Below, piece after piece: positions 34,820 through 44,266 of a stretch of 64,000 nucleotides of DNA (its first letter is position 1; every line of letters begins with the position of its first letter). Source of the DNA: Bdellovibrio sp. (GTDB taxonomy: Bacteria; Bdellovibrionota; Bdellovibrionia; Bdellovibrionales; Bdellovibrionaceae); contig JAKFBS010000001.1 in the NCBI GenBank assembly GCA_036677065.1, forward strand, positions 96,001 to 160,000, given 5' to 3'. The notes under the pieces are model-generated. The model did not search any database. It was not told the DNA's origin and was given only the letters and a program-made list of their open reading frames with translations. A program made the position numbers and the translations under genes.

Positions 34820-37285
34820 ATGGATTCAAACGAAACACCAGTTAGAGGCGTAACTAACGTAGATATTAATAAAGAAATGCGCGAAGCTTACTTACAGTAC
34901 TCAATGTCTGTAATCGTGGGCCGTGCATTACCAGATGTTCGTGATGGTTTAAAACCAGTTCACAGACGCGTGTTGTTCGCTCAACATGAATTATCAAATA
35001 CTCATGATAAACCCTATAAAAAATCGGCACGTGTTGTCGGTGACGTTATCGGTAAATACCATCCACACGGTGATACTGCGGCTTACGACACTATGGTTCG
35101 TATGGCGCAAGATTTCTCGCTTCGCTACCCGTTGATTGATGGTCAAGGTAACTTCGGTTCTATCGATGGCGATTCGGCCGCAGCTTCTCGTTATACAGAA
35201 GTTCGTATGACTCGTTTAGCAGAAGAATTACTTGCTGATATCGAAAAAGAAACTGTAGCTCATGGGCCCAATTACGATGACTCTTTAGAAATTCCGTTAG
35301 TTTTACCTGCTAAATTTCCTAATTTATTAGTGAATGGTTCATCAGGTATTGCGGTTGGTATGGCGACAAATATTCCGCCACACAACTTGGGCGAAGTTAT
35401 CGACGGAGCAATTCATTTAATTAATAATCCAGACTGTTCGATCGATGAATTAATCGAAAGAATTCCAGGCCCGGATTTTCCAACAGCAGGTTTAATCGCA
35501 GGCCGCGCAGGTATTTTACAGGCTTATAAAAAAGGCCGCGGGATCATCACTTTAAAAGCGCGCACTGAAATTGAAACTAAAAAAGACCACGAAGAAATTA
35601 TCGTGACTGAACTTCCGTACCAAGTGAATAAAGCAAAACTTATTGAAAGTATTGCTGATCTTGTGAAAGAAAAAACTGTTGAAGGTATTTCTGATATCCG
35701 CGACGAATCTTCTCGCGAAGGTATGCGCGTAGTTATTATTTTAAAACGTAACGAAAACGCATCTGTTATTTTAAATCGTTTATTTAAATACACTCAGCTT
35801 CAAGTAAGCTTTGGTATTATTATGCTTGCGATTGATAAAACGAATCAGCCGGTAACATTCGATTTAAAAGCGATGTTAGAAGCTTTCGTCGATCACAGAC
35901 GTGATGTTGTAACGAAACGTTGTATTTTCGAGCTTAAAAAAGCACAAGAGCGCGCACATATTTTAGAGGGCTTGAAAAAAGCGTTAGACAATATCGATGC
36001 GGTTATCGCTACGATTAAAGCTTCAAAAGAAGCTAACCAGGCTCGTGAAGCATTACAAACTACATTTCAATTCTCTGAGCGTCAGGCAACGGCGATCTTA
36101 GAAATGCGTTTACAACGTTTAACTGGTTTAGAAATTCAAAAAATCATTGATGAATTGGCAGAGATCACAAAACAAATTAACTGGTTAAGATTCGTTTTAG
36201 CTGACGTTAAAGAAATCTATAAAATCATCGTGGGTGAATTAGAAGACATCAGAAAAAAATATGCAGATCCACGCCGCTCTGAAATTACAGGCGATATGGA
36301 AGATCTTGAAGACGAAGATTTAATTGCTGATGAAGCAATGGTTGTGACTGTGACTAACACAGGCTACATCAAGCGTATTTCGACTGAAGAATACCGCGTT
36401 CAAAAACGTGGCGGTAAAGGTCTTAAAGGCATGGAGACTCGCGAAGAGGACTATGTAACAGATATCTTTACAGCAAGTACGAAAACTCAATTATTAGTGT
36501 TCACAGATAAAGGCAAAGTTTACTGGTGTAAAGTTCATAAATTACCATTGGGTAACAGAACTTCTAAAGGTAAAGCGATTGCCAATGTGGTTCAGCTTGC
36601 AGCTGGCGAAAAAGTAAAAGCAATTCTTCCTGTGAATGAATTCAGCGAAAATAAATATGTTGTGATGTTAACTGAAAAAGGGATCATCAAAAAAACATCT
36701 TTAGATGCATTTAATAATCCACGCCAAGCAGGTATTATTGCCTTAACTACGGATCTTGATGATCAGTTAGTGGCAGCAAAAATTTCTGATGGCCAAAGTG
36801 ATATTTTCATCGCAACCAAAGAAGGTATGTCGATTCGTTTTAATGAAGATGATGTGCGTGGCATGGGCCGTTCAGCTCGTGGCGTGAAAGGTATGACTTT
36901 AGCTAAAGAAGATATCGTCGTGGGCTTCCAAGTGATCGAGAAAGACACGAAAGATACTTTATTGATGGTAACTTCAAAAGGTTACGGCAAGCGTTCAGAA
37001 GTATCAGAATATCGCGTACAAAGCCGCGGTGGGGTTGGTATCATTACGCAAAAAACAACGGATAAAGTTGGTATTGTGGTTGGAACATTAAAAGTTAATG
37101 CGACACAAGAATTGATTTTATCTACGGATCAAGGCCAAGTTATTAGAATGAAAATTTCTGATATTTCTGTTCTTGGACGCAATACTCAAGGTGTTAGACT
37201 AATTAACTTAGATGAAAAACAAGAATTCGTGTCAGGTTTAGCTGTTGTCGATGATGAAGATAAAGCCGGCGAAGAAATCCATTAA
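34820..37285 (+). CDS. gyrA: DNA gyrase subunit A
   Basis: RALPDVRDGLKP, HPHGD, RYTE, GyrA-box QKRGGKG. Confidence 0.99.
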   Translation: MDSNETPVRGVTNVDINKEMREAYLQYSMSVIVGRALPDVRDGLKPVHRRVLFAQHELSNTHDKPYKKSARVVGDVIGKYHPHGDTAAYDTMVRMAQDFSLRYPLIDGQGNFGSIDGDSAAASRYTEVRMTRLAEELLADIEKETVAHGPNYDDSLEIPLVLPAKFPNLLVNGSSGIAVGMATNIPPHNLGEVIDGAIHLINNPDCSIDELIERIPGPDFPTAGLIAGRAGILQAYKKGRGIITLKARTEIETKKDHEEIIVTELPYQVNKAKLIESIADLVKEKTVEGISDIRDESSREGMRVVIILKRNENASVILNRLFKYTQLQVSFGIIMLAIDKTNQPVTFDLKAMLEAFVDHRRDVVTKRCIFELKKAQERAHILEGLKKALDNIDAVIATIKASKEANQAREALQTTFQFSERQATAILEMRLQRLTGLEIQKIIDELAEITKQINWLRFVLADVKEIYKIIVGELEDIRKKYADPRRSEITGDMEDLEDEDLIADEAMVVTVTNTGYIKRISTEEYRVQKRGGKGLKGMETREEDYVTDIFTASTKTQLLVFTDKGKVYWCKVHKLPLGNRTSKGKAIANVVQLAAGEKVKAILPVNEFSENKYVVMLTEKGIIKKTSLDAFNNPRQAGIIALTTDLDDQLVAAKISDGQSDIFIATKEGMSIRFNEDDVRGMGRSARGVKGMTLAKEDIVVGFQVIEKDTKDTLLMVTSKGYGKRSEVSEYRVQSRGGVGIITQKTTDKVGIVVGTLKVNATQELILSTDQGQVIRMKISDISVLGRNTQGVRLINLDEKQEFVSGLAVVDDEDKAGEEIH

Positions 37286-38072
37286 TTTATTCATACTTCT
37301 ATTAACGGCAAGCGCACTTAGCGCTTGCCAATCTAGAGCTGAAAAATTTTATCATCTTGCGCAAACAAAAATCGAACAGCGTCAGTTTTCTGATGCTGTA
37401 GAGTTATTAGAAAACTCTGCTGAATTAGAAAAAAATAATCGTAATTGGTCTAGAACAAATTTTGAAATTGCCCGAATCCTGCGTTTTGAAATTCAAGACT
37501 ACAACAAAGCCCTTCTCGTTTACCGCGAACTCATCTTAAAATCTGAAGAAGCCTCTATTCGTTTATTATCACAGGAAGCGATTGCTGAAATTTATTTTGA
37601 AAATATTCAAGACTACATTACGGCAGTTAAAGAATATTTATTATTAGAATCACTGATTAGAGATCCTGAAAAGCTAGAACACATTCGACTTAAAATTGCT
37701 CAGTGCTATAGATACACCGGAAGTTTTAAAACAGCGCTTGAATATATCGAAGTATTTTTAAACTCAGCTAAGACTGAAAAAAATTCTTTTTTAAAATTAA
37801 AAGCTCAAACCTATGCCTCTTTAGGGCAATACGACGAAGCCATTAAAAACTATAATTTAATTCTAACGAACGATCCGAAATACTTTTTAGATGAAAACCT
37901 ATATGTAGTGGTTGCGATGGCTTACGAAGAAAAACAGGATTACAAAACGGCTTTGGCCTACATTCAACAAAACAAAAATAAAATTAAAGACGGATCGTAT
38001 GTTGATCTAAGAGTTAAGCGACTAAATGAAAAGCTTTTGAATAAACCTTTCACTAAGGGAGTTCGTAAATGA
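37245..38072 (+). CDS. TPR-repeat lipoprotein
   Basis: LSAC lipobox; repeated TPR-like helices. Confidence 0.8.
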   Translation: MSMMKIKPAKKSINLFILLLTASALSACQSRAEKFYHLAQTKIEQRQFSDAVELLENSAELEKNNRNWSRTNFEIARILRFEIQDYNKALLVYRELILKSEEASIRLLSQEAIAEIYFENIQDYITAVKEYLLLESLIRDPEKLEHIRLKIAQCYRYTGSFKTALEYIEVFLNSAKTEKNSFLKLKAQTYASLGQYDEAIKNYNLILTNDPKYFLDENLYVVVAMAYEEKQDYKTALAYIQQNKNKIKDGSYVDLRVKRLNEKLLNKPFTKGVRK

Positions 38073-38287
38073 GTAAGCCGGTGAAGAAAAATAAATACCT
38101 TATGTTCGGTGCGATTGGCTTTGAATTGATATCGCTTATTTTGTTTGCAATTTATGGCGGCGAATATCTGGTGAAACAAGGCTACCCTAATTATTTAAAA
38201 GCTTTACTTATTGTTTTGGCATTTGTTGTGTGGTTTATCAGTCTTATCACCAAGTTACGCTCGATCGAAAAAAGTAAAGATCAGTAG
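38069..38287 (+). CDS. AtpZ/AtpI (gene 1)-like two-TM protein
   Basis: IGFEL...YGGEYL two-helix pattern upstream of atpB. Confidence 0.65.
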   Translation: MSKPVKKNKYLMFGAIGFELISLILFAIYGGEYLVKQGYPNYLKALLIVLAFVVWFISLITKLRSIEKSKDQ

Positions 38288-38300
38288 AAAGAACTCTGCA

Positions 38301-38651
38301 ATGATTAAAAAAATCGCACTTTTATCTTTGTTAACCGCTGTAGTTGCGGGATTGGCCGCTTGGCTTTTCACAAAACCGGATATGGCTGCAACCGGATTTG
38401 CGACCCATGTGATGTTGATTCTAAATATGCTAGGAATTTGGCTTATTTGGAGTGTGGTTTTCGAGAAAAAATCGGTTGCCCTAGGGGTCGTGATCATTAT
38501 ATTAAAATACCCATTGCTTGGATATATTGTCGTACAGATGAGCCGCCAAACTTGGTTTAGTTCTATTGGCGTTTTAATCGGATTTTCATCGTTTGTACTT
38601 TCAATCGTCTTAGCAGCATTAGTTAGACATAAACTTGAAAACAAAACTTAA
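38301..38651 (+). CDS. atpI: ATP synthase protein I-like four-TM protein
   Basis: Four hydrophobic segments, ILKYPLL; immediately upstream of atpB. Confidence 0.65.
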   Translation: MIKKIALLSLLTAVVAGLAAWLFTKPDMAATGFATHVMLILNMLGIWLIWSVVFEKKSVALGVVIIILKYPLLGYIVVQMSRQTWFSSIGVLIGFSSFVLSIVLAALVRHKLENKT

Positions 38652-38668
38652 AGCGTAAGGAAACGATT

Positions 38669-39349
38669 ATGCATTTTAACTGGACGCAATTATTAGTGGG
38701 TCATCACTATGCTCACGTAGCAACTCTTGTTCTTGCTACTGTACTAACGATCATTTTAGGCCTAGTAGCTCGTGTATCATTAGGATCTGGCGATGCAGCA
38801 GTTATCCCAACAGGAAAATTTTCTGTTCGCGGTGTTTTCGAATTCTTAACTGAATACCTTTACAACTTAGCAAGCCAAGTTATTGGCGCACACGGTAGAG
38901 CTTTCGGCCCGTACTTCGCGGCGATTTTTACTTTCATCTTAATCAACAACTTCTTAGGTTTATTACCTGGAATGACTCCTGCAACTGATAACTTCAACAC
39001 GACATTTGCTTTCGGTGTGTTTTCTTTCTTAGCGTACAATGTTGTTGGTTTAAAAGAAGGTGGCTTGGGTTACCTTAAACATTTCTTGGGCCCAGTTTTA
39101 GCGTTGGCTCCTTTGATGTTAATCATCGAGTTAATTTCTCACTTTATCCGTCCATTAACTTTAGGTTTACGTTTAGCGAATGTAATGACAGGTGACCATG
39201 CGGTATTAACAGTTTTCTTAAACTTGTTTCCGATCGGGCCTGCAATTCCATTTTACTTAATGGGAATGCTTGTTTGCGTAATTCAAGCGTTCGTATTCAC
39301 TTTATTATCAATGGTCTACGTGGCTCTTGCTACAGCCCACGACCACTAA
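38669..39349 (+). CDS. atpB: ATP synthase Fo subunit a
   Basis: NNFLGLLP, ELISHFIRPLTLGLRLANVM, IQAFVFTLL. Confidence 0.98.
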   Translation: MHFNWTQLLVGHHYAHVATLVLATVLTIILGLVARVSLGSGDAAVIPTGKFSVRGVFEFLTEYLYNLASQVIGAHGRAFGPYFAAIFTFILINNFLGLLPGMTPATDNFNTTFAFGVFSFLAYNVVGLKEGGLGYLKHFLGPVLALAPLMLIIELISHFIRPLTLGLRLANVMTGDHAVLTVFLNLFPIGPAIPFYLMGMLVCVIQAFVFTLLSMVYVALATAHDH

Positions 39350-39383
39350 TACACAACACCCTTAATTGGGTAAGGAGATCCCC

Positions 39384-39701
39384 ATGAAAAAAGCAATTTT
39401 ATTTGCTACAACATTATTAGCTTCTGTTAGCGTTTTCGCTCAAGATGCTGCTGCAGCTTCTTCTAATAGCGGTTTAATCGCTATCGGTGCTGCTATCGCA
39501 ATCGGTTTAGCTGTTTACGGCGGAACTTCTGCACAAGGTAAAGCTGCTTCTGCTGCTTTAGAAGGAATGGCTCGTAATCCAGCTGCTTCTGACAAATTAT
39601 TCACACCGCTTATTTTATCTTTAGCTCTTATCGAGTCTTTAGTTATCTTAGCGTTCCTAGTTGCTTTCGTAAAATTACCAGCAGCTGGTTTCGGTTTCTA
39701 A
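39384..39701 (+). CDS. atpE: ATP synthase Fo subunit c with signal-peptide-like N-terminus
   Basis: ARNP loop, ALIES ion-binding Glu; AAGGAG RBS. Confidence 0.97.
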   Translation: MKKAILFATTLLASVSVFAQDAAAASSNSGLIAIGAAIAIGLAVYGGTSAQGKAASAALEGMARNPAASDKLFTPLILSLALIESLVILAFLVAFVKLPAAGFGF

Positions 39702-39730
39702 TTTTTTCTCACGAAGAAATATGAAAATAG

Positions 39731-39762
39731 AAAGAGTCGGTTTTATACCGGCTCTTTTTTTT
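39731..39762 (+). terminator. Intrinsic terminator after atpE
   Basis: AAAGAGTCGGT/ACCGGCTCTTT stem followed by T-run. Confidence 0.88.
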
Positions 39763-39768
39763 GGTTCG

Positions 39769-39872
39769 AAGGTAGGCCGTACCTTTTTGGGGAGCAGCGA
39801 GTCTATTGGTTAACTTCACCGCTCCGCTGTCTATCATCCTTGGTGGGTATCTTCTGCCCTCCTGGCAGAAGA
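39769..39872. repeat. Structured intergenic element (REP/MITE-like or sRNA)
   Basis: AAGGTA-N5-TACCTT and TCTTCTGCC-CTCCT-GGCAGAAGA hairpins between two terminators. Confidence 0.4.
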
Positions 39873-39880
39873 GTGAGAAT

Positions 39881-39909
39881 AAAAAAAGGACTGAATTTCT
39901 TCAGCCCTT
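39881..39909 (-). terminator. Intrinsic terminator after phosphomannomutase gene
   Basis: On - strand AAGGGCTGAA-N4-TTCAGTCC then T7. Confidence 0.8.
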
Positions 39910-39937
39910 CATTTTAATAAGATTCTAATTTTAATTC

Positions 39938-41305
39938 CTATAAGTACTTATTAACTACGTTCATTACTGAGTCTTGGATTTTCTTTAATCCGGCTTCAGA
40001 TGATGATTCGAAACGTACTACTAATACTGGTTGTGTATTAGAGGCTCTTGCCAGGGCCCAGCCGTCTGCAAAACTGATTCTGATGCCGTCGATTAGATTT
40101 ACTTTGTAATCGTCTGAAGGTTTTAAGAAAGCTTCTTTTACTTTTTCTACGATTAATACTTTTTTCTCTTCTGTCGTATCAATTCTGATTTCTGGTGTGT
40201 TGAATGCCGGTGGCAAGCCTTCTAATAATTGCTGAACGTTCTTTCCTGTCTGAGAAAGGATTTCGCATAGACGCAAACCTGCGTATGGAGCATCGTCGTA
40301 ACCGTAGTTTCTGTCGGCGAAAAAGATGTGGCCCGACATTTCACCACCGAAGGGTGCTTTTTCTGATTTAACTTTATCTTTGATTAAGCTGTGACCGGTT
40401 TTCCATAATACCGGAACACCGCCGTGTTTAGCGATATCTGCATACATTCTATCAGAGCATTTTACATCGCCCACCACTTTGCCACCCTTGTTAGTAGCAA
40501 GAATAGAGCGTGCATAGATCGTCATTAATTCATCGCCGTAAATCATTTTTCCTGTGTGATCAACGATACCGATACGATCTGCATCGCCATCAAAACCGAT
40601 TCCGCAGATTGCGCCTGTTTCTTTTACGCGTTTTGCAAGATCAACTAAGTTTTCTTCTACTGTTGGATCTGGATGGTGATTAGGAAAATTTCCGTCAGGT
40701 TGTTCGAATAAAATTTCTGGAGTTAAGCCTACAGCTTCGAATAATCTTTTTACGATTACGCCGCCGGCGCCGTTACCGCAATCAAGAACTACCTTGATTG
40801 GCTTTAACTGCCCGAATTCTTTTTTGTAGCGCTCTAAGTATTCAGGAAAAATATCGTGGTCTTTTGAAGAGCCAGATCCTGTGATGTAATCTTTTTCAGA
40901 AATGATTTTGTAGAGTTCTTGAATTTCAGCGCCGTGAATAGTGGTTTTGCCGAAAGAAATTTTAAAACCGTTATACTCTGGTGGATTGTGCGAACCCGTT
41001 ACCATGATGCCGCCATCTAGATCTAGGGCGAATGTTGAGAAATAACTGATTGGCGAAGTCACCATTCCAAGCATGTAAACTTCTGCACCAGATTCAACAA
41101 AACCTTTTCTTAGATTTTCGATTAATGGAATAGAAGAGGTTCTGGCATCGTGGCCTAAAGATAAACGAAAAGATTTTTTACCTGTTTTTTTGTAAACGTA
41201 AGAGCAAAAAGCTTTTCCTAGGTTGTAAGCGAATTCATCGTCGAATTGTTTGTTATAAACTCCGCGGATATCGTATTCACGAAAAATAATTGGGCTGATA
41301 ATCAT
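39938..41305 (-). CDS. Phosphomannomutase/phosphoglucomutase (AlgC-like)
   Basis: FREYDIRG, TGSHNP, FDGDADR, GEMSGH, RASNTQP. Confidence 0.95.
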   Translation of the reverse strand: MIISPIIFREYDIRGVYNKQFDDEFAYNLGKAFCSYVYKKTGKKSFRLSLGHDARTSSIPLIENLRKGFVESGAEVYMLGMVTSPISYFSTFALDLDGGIMVTGSHNPPEYNGFKISFGKTTIHGAEIQELYKIISEKDYITGSGSSKDHDIFPEYLERYKKEFGQLKPIKVVLDCGNGAGGVIVKRLFEAVGLTPEILFEQPDGNFPNHHPDPTVEENLVDLAKRVKETGAICGIGFDGDADRIGIVDHTGKMIYGDELMTIYARSILATNKGGKVVGDVKCSDRMYADIAKHGGVPVLWKTGHSLIKDKVKSEKAPFGGEMSGHIFFADRNYGYDDAPYAGLRLCEILSQTGKNVQQLLEGLPPAFNTPEIRIDTTEEKKVLIVEKVKEAFLKPSDDYKVNLIDGIRISFADGWALARASNTQPVLVVRFESSSEAGLKKIQDSVMNVVNKYL

Positions 41306-42285
41306 GTTTTTTTTCCTCTCAGTAACTGTAAATTTAACTCAATCGCCTCACGCATGGAATTGGCGTTAGCTTTGTTTTTATTATAAATATCTTTAGCTGT
41401 TCCATGATCTACGCTGGTGCGTAGAAATGGTAGTCCTAACGTAATGTGAACGCCCGAGTCCTGACCATGGATCATTTTAAATGGGATTAAACCTTGGTCA
41501 TGATACAGAGCCAGGTAGGTCGAATATTTTGACCAATTGCTAGGAAAAAAAGCTGCATCTGGAACCAGCGGCTGCGATAAATGTTTATATTTCTTCACTA
41601 GCGGTAGTAAAACTTTTTGTTCGAAAGACCCAACCACACCTTTTTCACCGGCGTGTGGATTTAAACCTAAAAGGCCTACGGGCTTACCACTAGATAGCAG
41701 TGTTTGTAGTTTTTTTGCCGCCAAAATACTGCCTGTGAGTTTCTGTGTGGATAAGTCCTTTTCAACATCTTTTAGTGCAATATGATCTGTGGCAATGATG
41801 ACATTAAACTTATTACCCACAAAACCCATAAACATTGGATACTTTGGAAAGTAATGACGAAAGATTCCGGTGTGGCCGACAAACTTATACCCTGCATCTT
41901 TGATTAAAGTCTTAGAAATTGGAGCTGTGACTAATGAATCAAAAATTTTATCACGACAAAGCTCTGTTGCTTCGATAATCCAATCAGCAGCATTGGTTGA
42001 AAGCTCGAGGTCGAATAAGAACTTACTATCAAGAGCCTTAGCACTTTTTAAAATATAATAAAATGCCAGAGCCGCTTTAGTTGTTTTAAACGTTAAGCGA
42101 CAAAAGTTTTTATCCAATAATTGAAAATAGCGTTTTTGATTTTTTTCTTGGTTCTTGTCGCGAAATATAAAAAACGATGCATTTTTTTGCGGGCCAAGTT
42201 TAGCCAAAGCTTTGGCTGTAACTTCAAAACCAATACCATCGGGGTCACCGGTGGTAATTGCTACTGCAGAAAATTTATTACTCAT
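41302..42285 (-). CDS. pdxA: 4-hydroxythreonine-4-phosphate dehydrogenase PdxA family
   Basis: TGDPDGIG, TAPISK, GLNPHAGE, YHDQGLIPFK, RTSVDHGTA. Confidence 0.93.
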   Translation of the reverse strand: MSNKFSAVAITTGDPDGIGFEVTAKALAKLGPQKNASFFIFRDKNQEKNQKRYFQLLDKNFCRLTFKTTKAALAFYYILKSAKALDSKFLFDLELSTNAADWIIEATELCRDKIFDSLVTAPISKTLIKDAGYKFVGHTGIFRHYFPKYPMFMGFVGNKFNVIIATDHIALKDVEKDLSTQKLTGSILAAKKLQTLLSSGKPVGLLGLNPHAGEKGVVGSFEQKVLLPLVKKYKHLSQPLVPDAAFFPSNWSKYSTYLALYHDQGLIPFKMIHGQDSGVHITLGLPFLRTSVDHGTAKDIYNKNKANANSMREAIELNLQLLRGKKT

Positions 42286-43264
42286 ATAGCTTGATGTAGG
42301 CGTCTTGTTTTTTAGATTCGAACCAGTTTTTTAATTGGCGCTTGAAATTTTTTTCAACAAGCCCTGCTTTGATTTGTTCTTTGTAGCGTAAAAACATTGG
42401 GTCTTGAGTTACTTTTTTATCTAAAACTTTTAAAATTTGAAAACCACGCGAGGTGCGTACAATTTGCGAAGTTTCGCCGGCTTCTAAATTAGCGACAGCT
42501 TTTTCCATTTCGGCATTTAGTTCACCAGTTTTAAACTGACCCAAATAACCGCCAGCATTTGCATTTGCATCTTCATTATATTTATCGGCTAACGTTTCGA
42601 AAGATTCGCCGGCTTGCAGTTTTTTGTAAACTGCATCAGCGCGCTTTAAAGCTTCTTCGGGAGTACCTTTGCGTGGATTAAAGAAAATCATTCCCACTTT
42701 AATTTCGTTTACGTTAGGTTTGTATTTAGGATTACGGTTTTTATATTCGTTGTAGGCGTCTTCATCAGTGATGCGAAGTTTGGCAACAATTTCAGATTCA
42801 AAAAAGCTTTGGCGCTCTAAGCGCGATTTCAAAGTTTTTTTGTAATCAGCGATGTTGTAGCCCTGTTTTTTTAAATAAGTTTCTAACTCAGTTCTGTTCA
42901 TCTGATTTTTTTTAGCCAGGTTACCCATTTCTTCGTTAATGCGTTCTTCAGTAAAAGATAGATTTTGGCGTTTAATTTCTGACTCGACTAATTTTTCGCG
43001 AATTAAATACTGTAATTGAATTGCGCGGCTAGATTTAAGATCTTCGATTTTATCATCTAATAACATTGTATCATCAATTGAGCCTTCTTTTTTTAAGCGT
43101 GAAGGAATTTCGTTAAGATCAGATTGTAAAACAGCTTCTGAACCAACGGTTGCGATAATCTTGTCGATCAATTCAGATTTTTTAGTGTTTTCTTTGGCAG
43201 GAGCAGCCGCTGAAATTGAAGAAATAGAAAGTATAAATGCAAGACAGATAAATAAGCGTTTCAT
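42278..43264 (-). CDS. surA: SurA-like chaperone/parvulin PPIase
   Basis: DKIIATVG SurA N-domain, FETLA...GGYLG...GFQILKV parvulin; upstream of pdxA. Confidence 0.85.
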   Translation of the reverse strand: MKRLFICLAFILSISSISAAAPAKENTKKSELIDKIIATVGSEAVLQSDLNEIPSRLKKEGSIDDTMLLDDKIEDLKSSRAIQLQYLIREKLVESEIKRQNLSFTEERINEEMGNLAKKNQMNRTELETYLKKQGYNIADYKKTLKSRLERQSFFESEIVAKLRITDEDAYNEYKNRNPKYKPNVNEIKVGMIFFNPRKGTPEEALKRADAVYKKLQAGESFETLADKYNEDANANAGGYLGQFKTGELNAEMEKAVANLEAGETSQIVRTSRGFQILKVLDKKVTQDPMFLRYKEQIKAGLVEKNFKRQLKNWFESKKQDAYIKLYE

Positions 43265-43279
43265 GCTTTATTTATCTCT

Positions 43280-44266
43280 TTATTCTTCGCGGGTTTCAAC
43301 GACCAAAGCGTCAATAGCAGCATTGTTTCTAAGTATTTTATAGCGCTTAATTTGTTCGTCTAACCAGGCTGAAAAGCGCGCAGATTCGCGAAGAGAAATG
43401 ACCTCAGCTAAGATCTGCGGCTTGACCTCATCAAACAGGCGCTGAAACGACTGCTTGCGCTGAGTGACTTTAAACAAACGATAGCCTTCAGCGACCTGAA
43501 TGGGACCAATAAGCTCGGATTTTTTAGAAATAAATAAAGGTTCAAGCGGAGACCCTTGAGCGCGTTCAATCCAGCCGTACTTCATTGCCGCGGAATTAGC
43601 CCGGTCTAGAGAGTATTCTTTAAACAAACTTTCAAAAGATGACTTACGGTAAAGTTTTTTAACTACGTCTGCTTGGTTTTCATCTTGTAGTAGAATGGAT
43701 TCAGCATGCACGGATTCGTTTTGAAAATATTTAAGTTTATTGTTTTGATAATGGGCCTGTAGCTCTTCGGTGGTTGGCTTTGCCATTTCTTTACGAAGTT
43801 CAGCAAATAAAACATTTCGTTTCAAGCCTATTTCGACAGCCTTACGCCAATCTTGGTAAGATTTATTTTGCGAAGCGAGTTCATCGCGAAAATCTTTATC
43901 ACTTGGAAACTGTGAAATTGTTTGTGCAAGTTCAGCTTCTAAAACTTTTGCATCGACGTGTAATTTTTTATCGGCAAACCATTGTTCAATTAAAGAATCG
44001 ACTAAAAAATCAGAGGTCACCTTAGTTTTAAATGTTTTTAAAACTGAAGGATCTTTTGCCGACAAAGGATCAAGTTCTTTTAGGCGATTGGCTAAAGCCA
44101 TTGAAAATTGGCTTAAGGTCATGGCGCGATTTTCAACCTGCAGCACGACTTTAGATTTTGTGTTGTAAGAAAAAAGATCGCAGCCTGACAGCAACGCCAG
44201 ACATACAAAAAACCCCGCGACGGCGGGGCTTTTGCGGAGCAATAAATTTATCTGAGATTTACTCAA
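43280..44266 (-). CDS. Parvulin/PrsA-like PPIase lipoprotein (start uncertain, TTG 44266 chosen)
   Basis: LSGC lipobox; SurA-N-like region; FESLFKEYS...YGWI...GYRLFKV degenerate parvulin. Confidence 0.8.
   Translation of the reverse strand: MSKSQINLLLRKSPAVAGFFVCLALLSGCDLFSYNTKSKVVLQVENRAMTLSQFSMALANRLKELDPLSAKDPSVLKTFKTKVTSDFLVDSLIEQWFADKKLHVDAKVLEAELAQTISQFPSDKDFRDELASQNKSYQDWRKAVEIGLKRNVLFAELRKEMAKPTTEELQAHYQNNKLKYFQNESVHAESILLQDENQADVVKKLYRKSSFESLFKEYSLDRANSAAMKYGWIERAQGSPLEPLFISKKSELIGPIQVAEGYRLFKVTQRKQSFQRLFDEVKPQILAEVISLRESARFSAWLDEQIKRYKILRNNAAIDALVVETREE
44207..44233 (-). terminator. Intrinsic terminator after first parvulin gene, inside next gene's 5' end
   Basis: - strand AAAAG-CCCCGC-CGTC-GCGGGG-TTTTTT. 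Confidence 0.8.

Noticed and set aside
39384..39701. Na+-coupled c-ring
   Set aside because: Gln in helix 1 and ES are present, but the Thr and Tyr of the Na+ signature (ESTxxY) are absent (ESLVIL); H+ coupling is more likely.
39763..39880. tRNA in the atpE-pgm spacer (GGTTCGAA at about 39763)
   Set aside because: No cloverleaf or acceptor stem; the motif abuts the terminator T-run.
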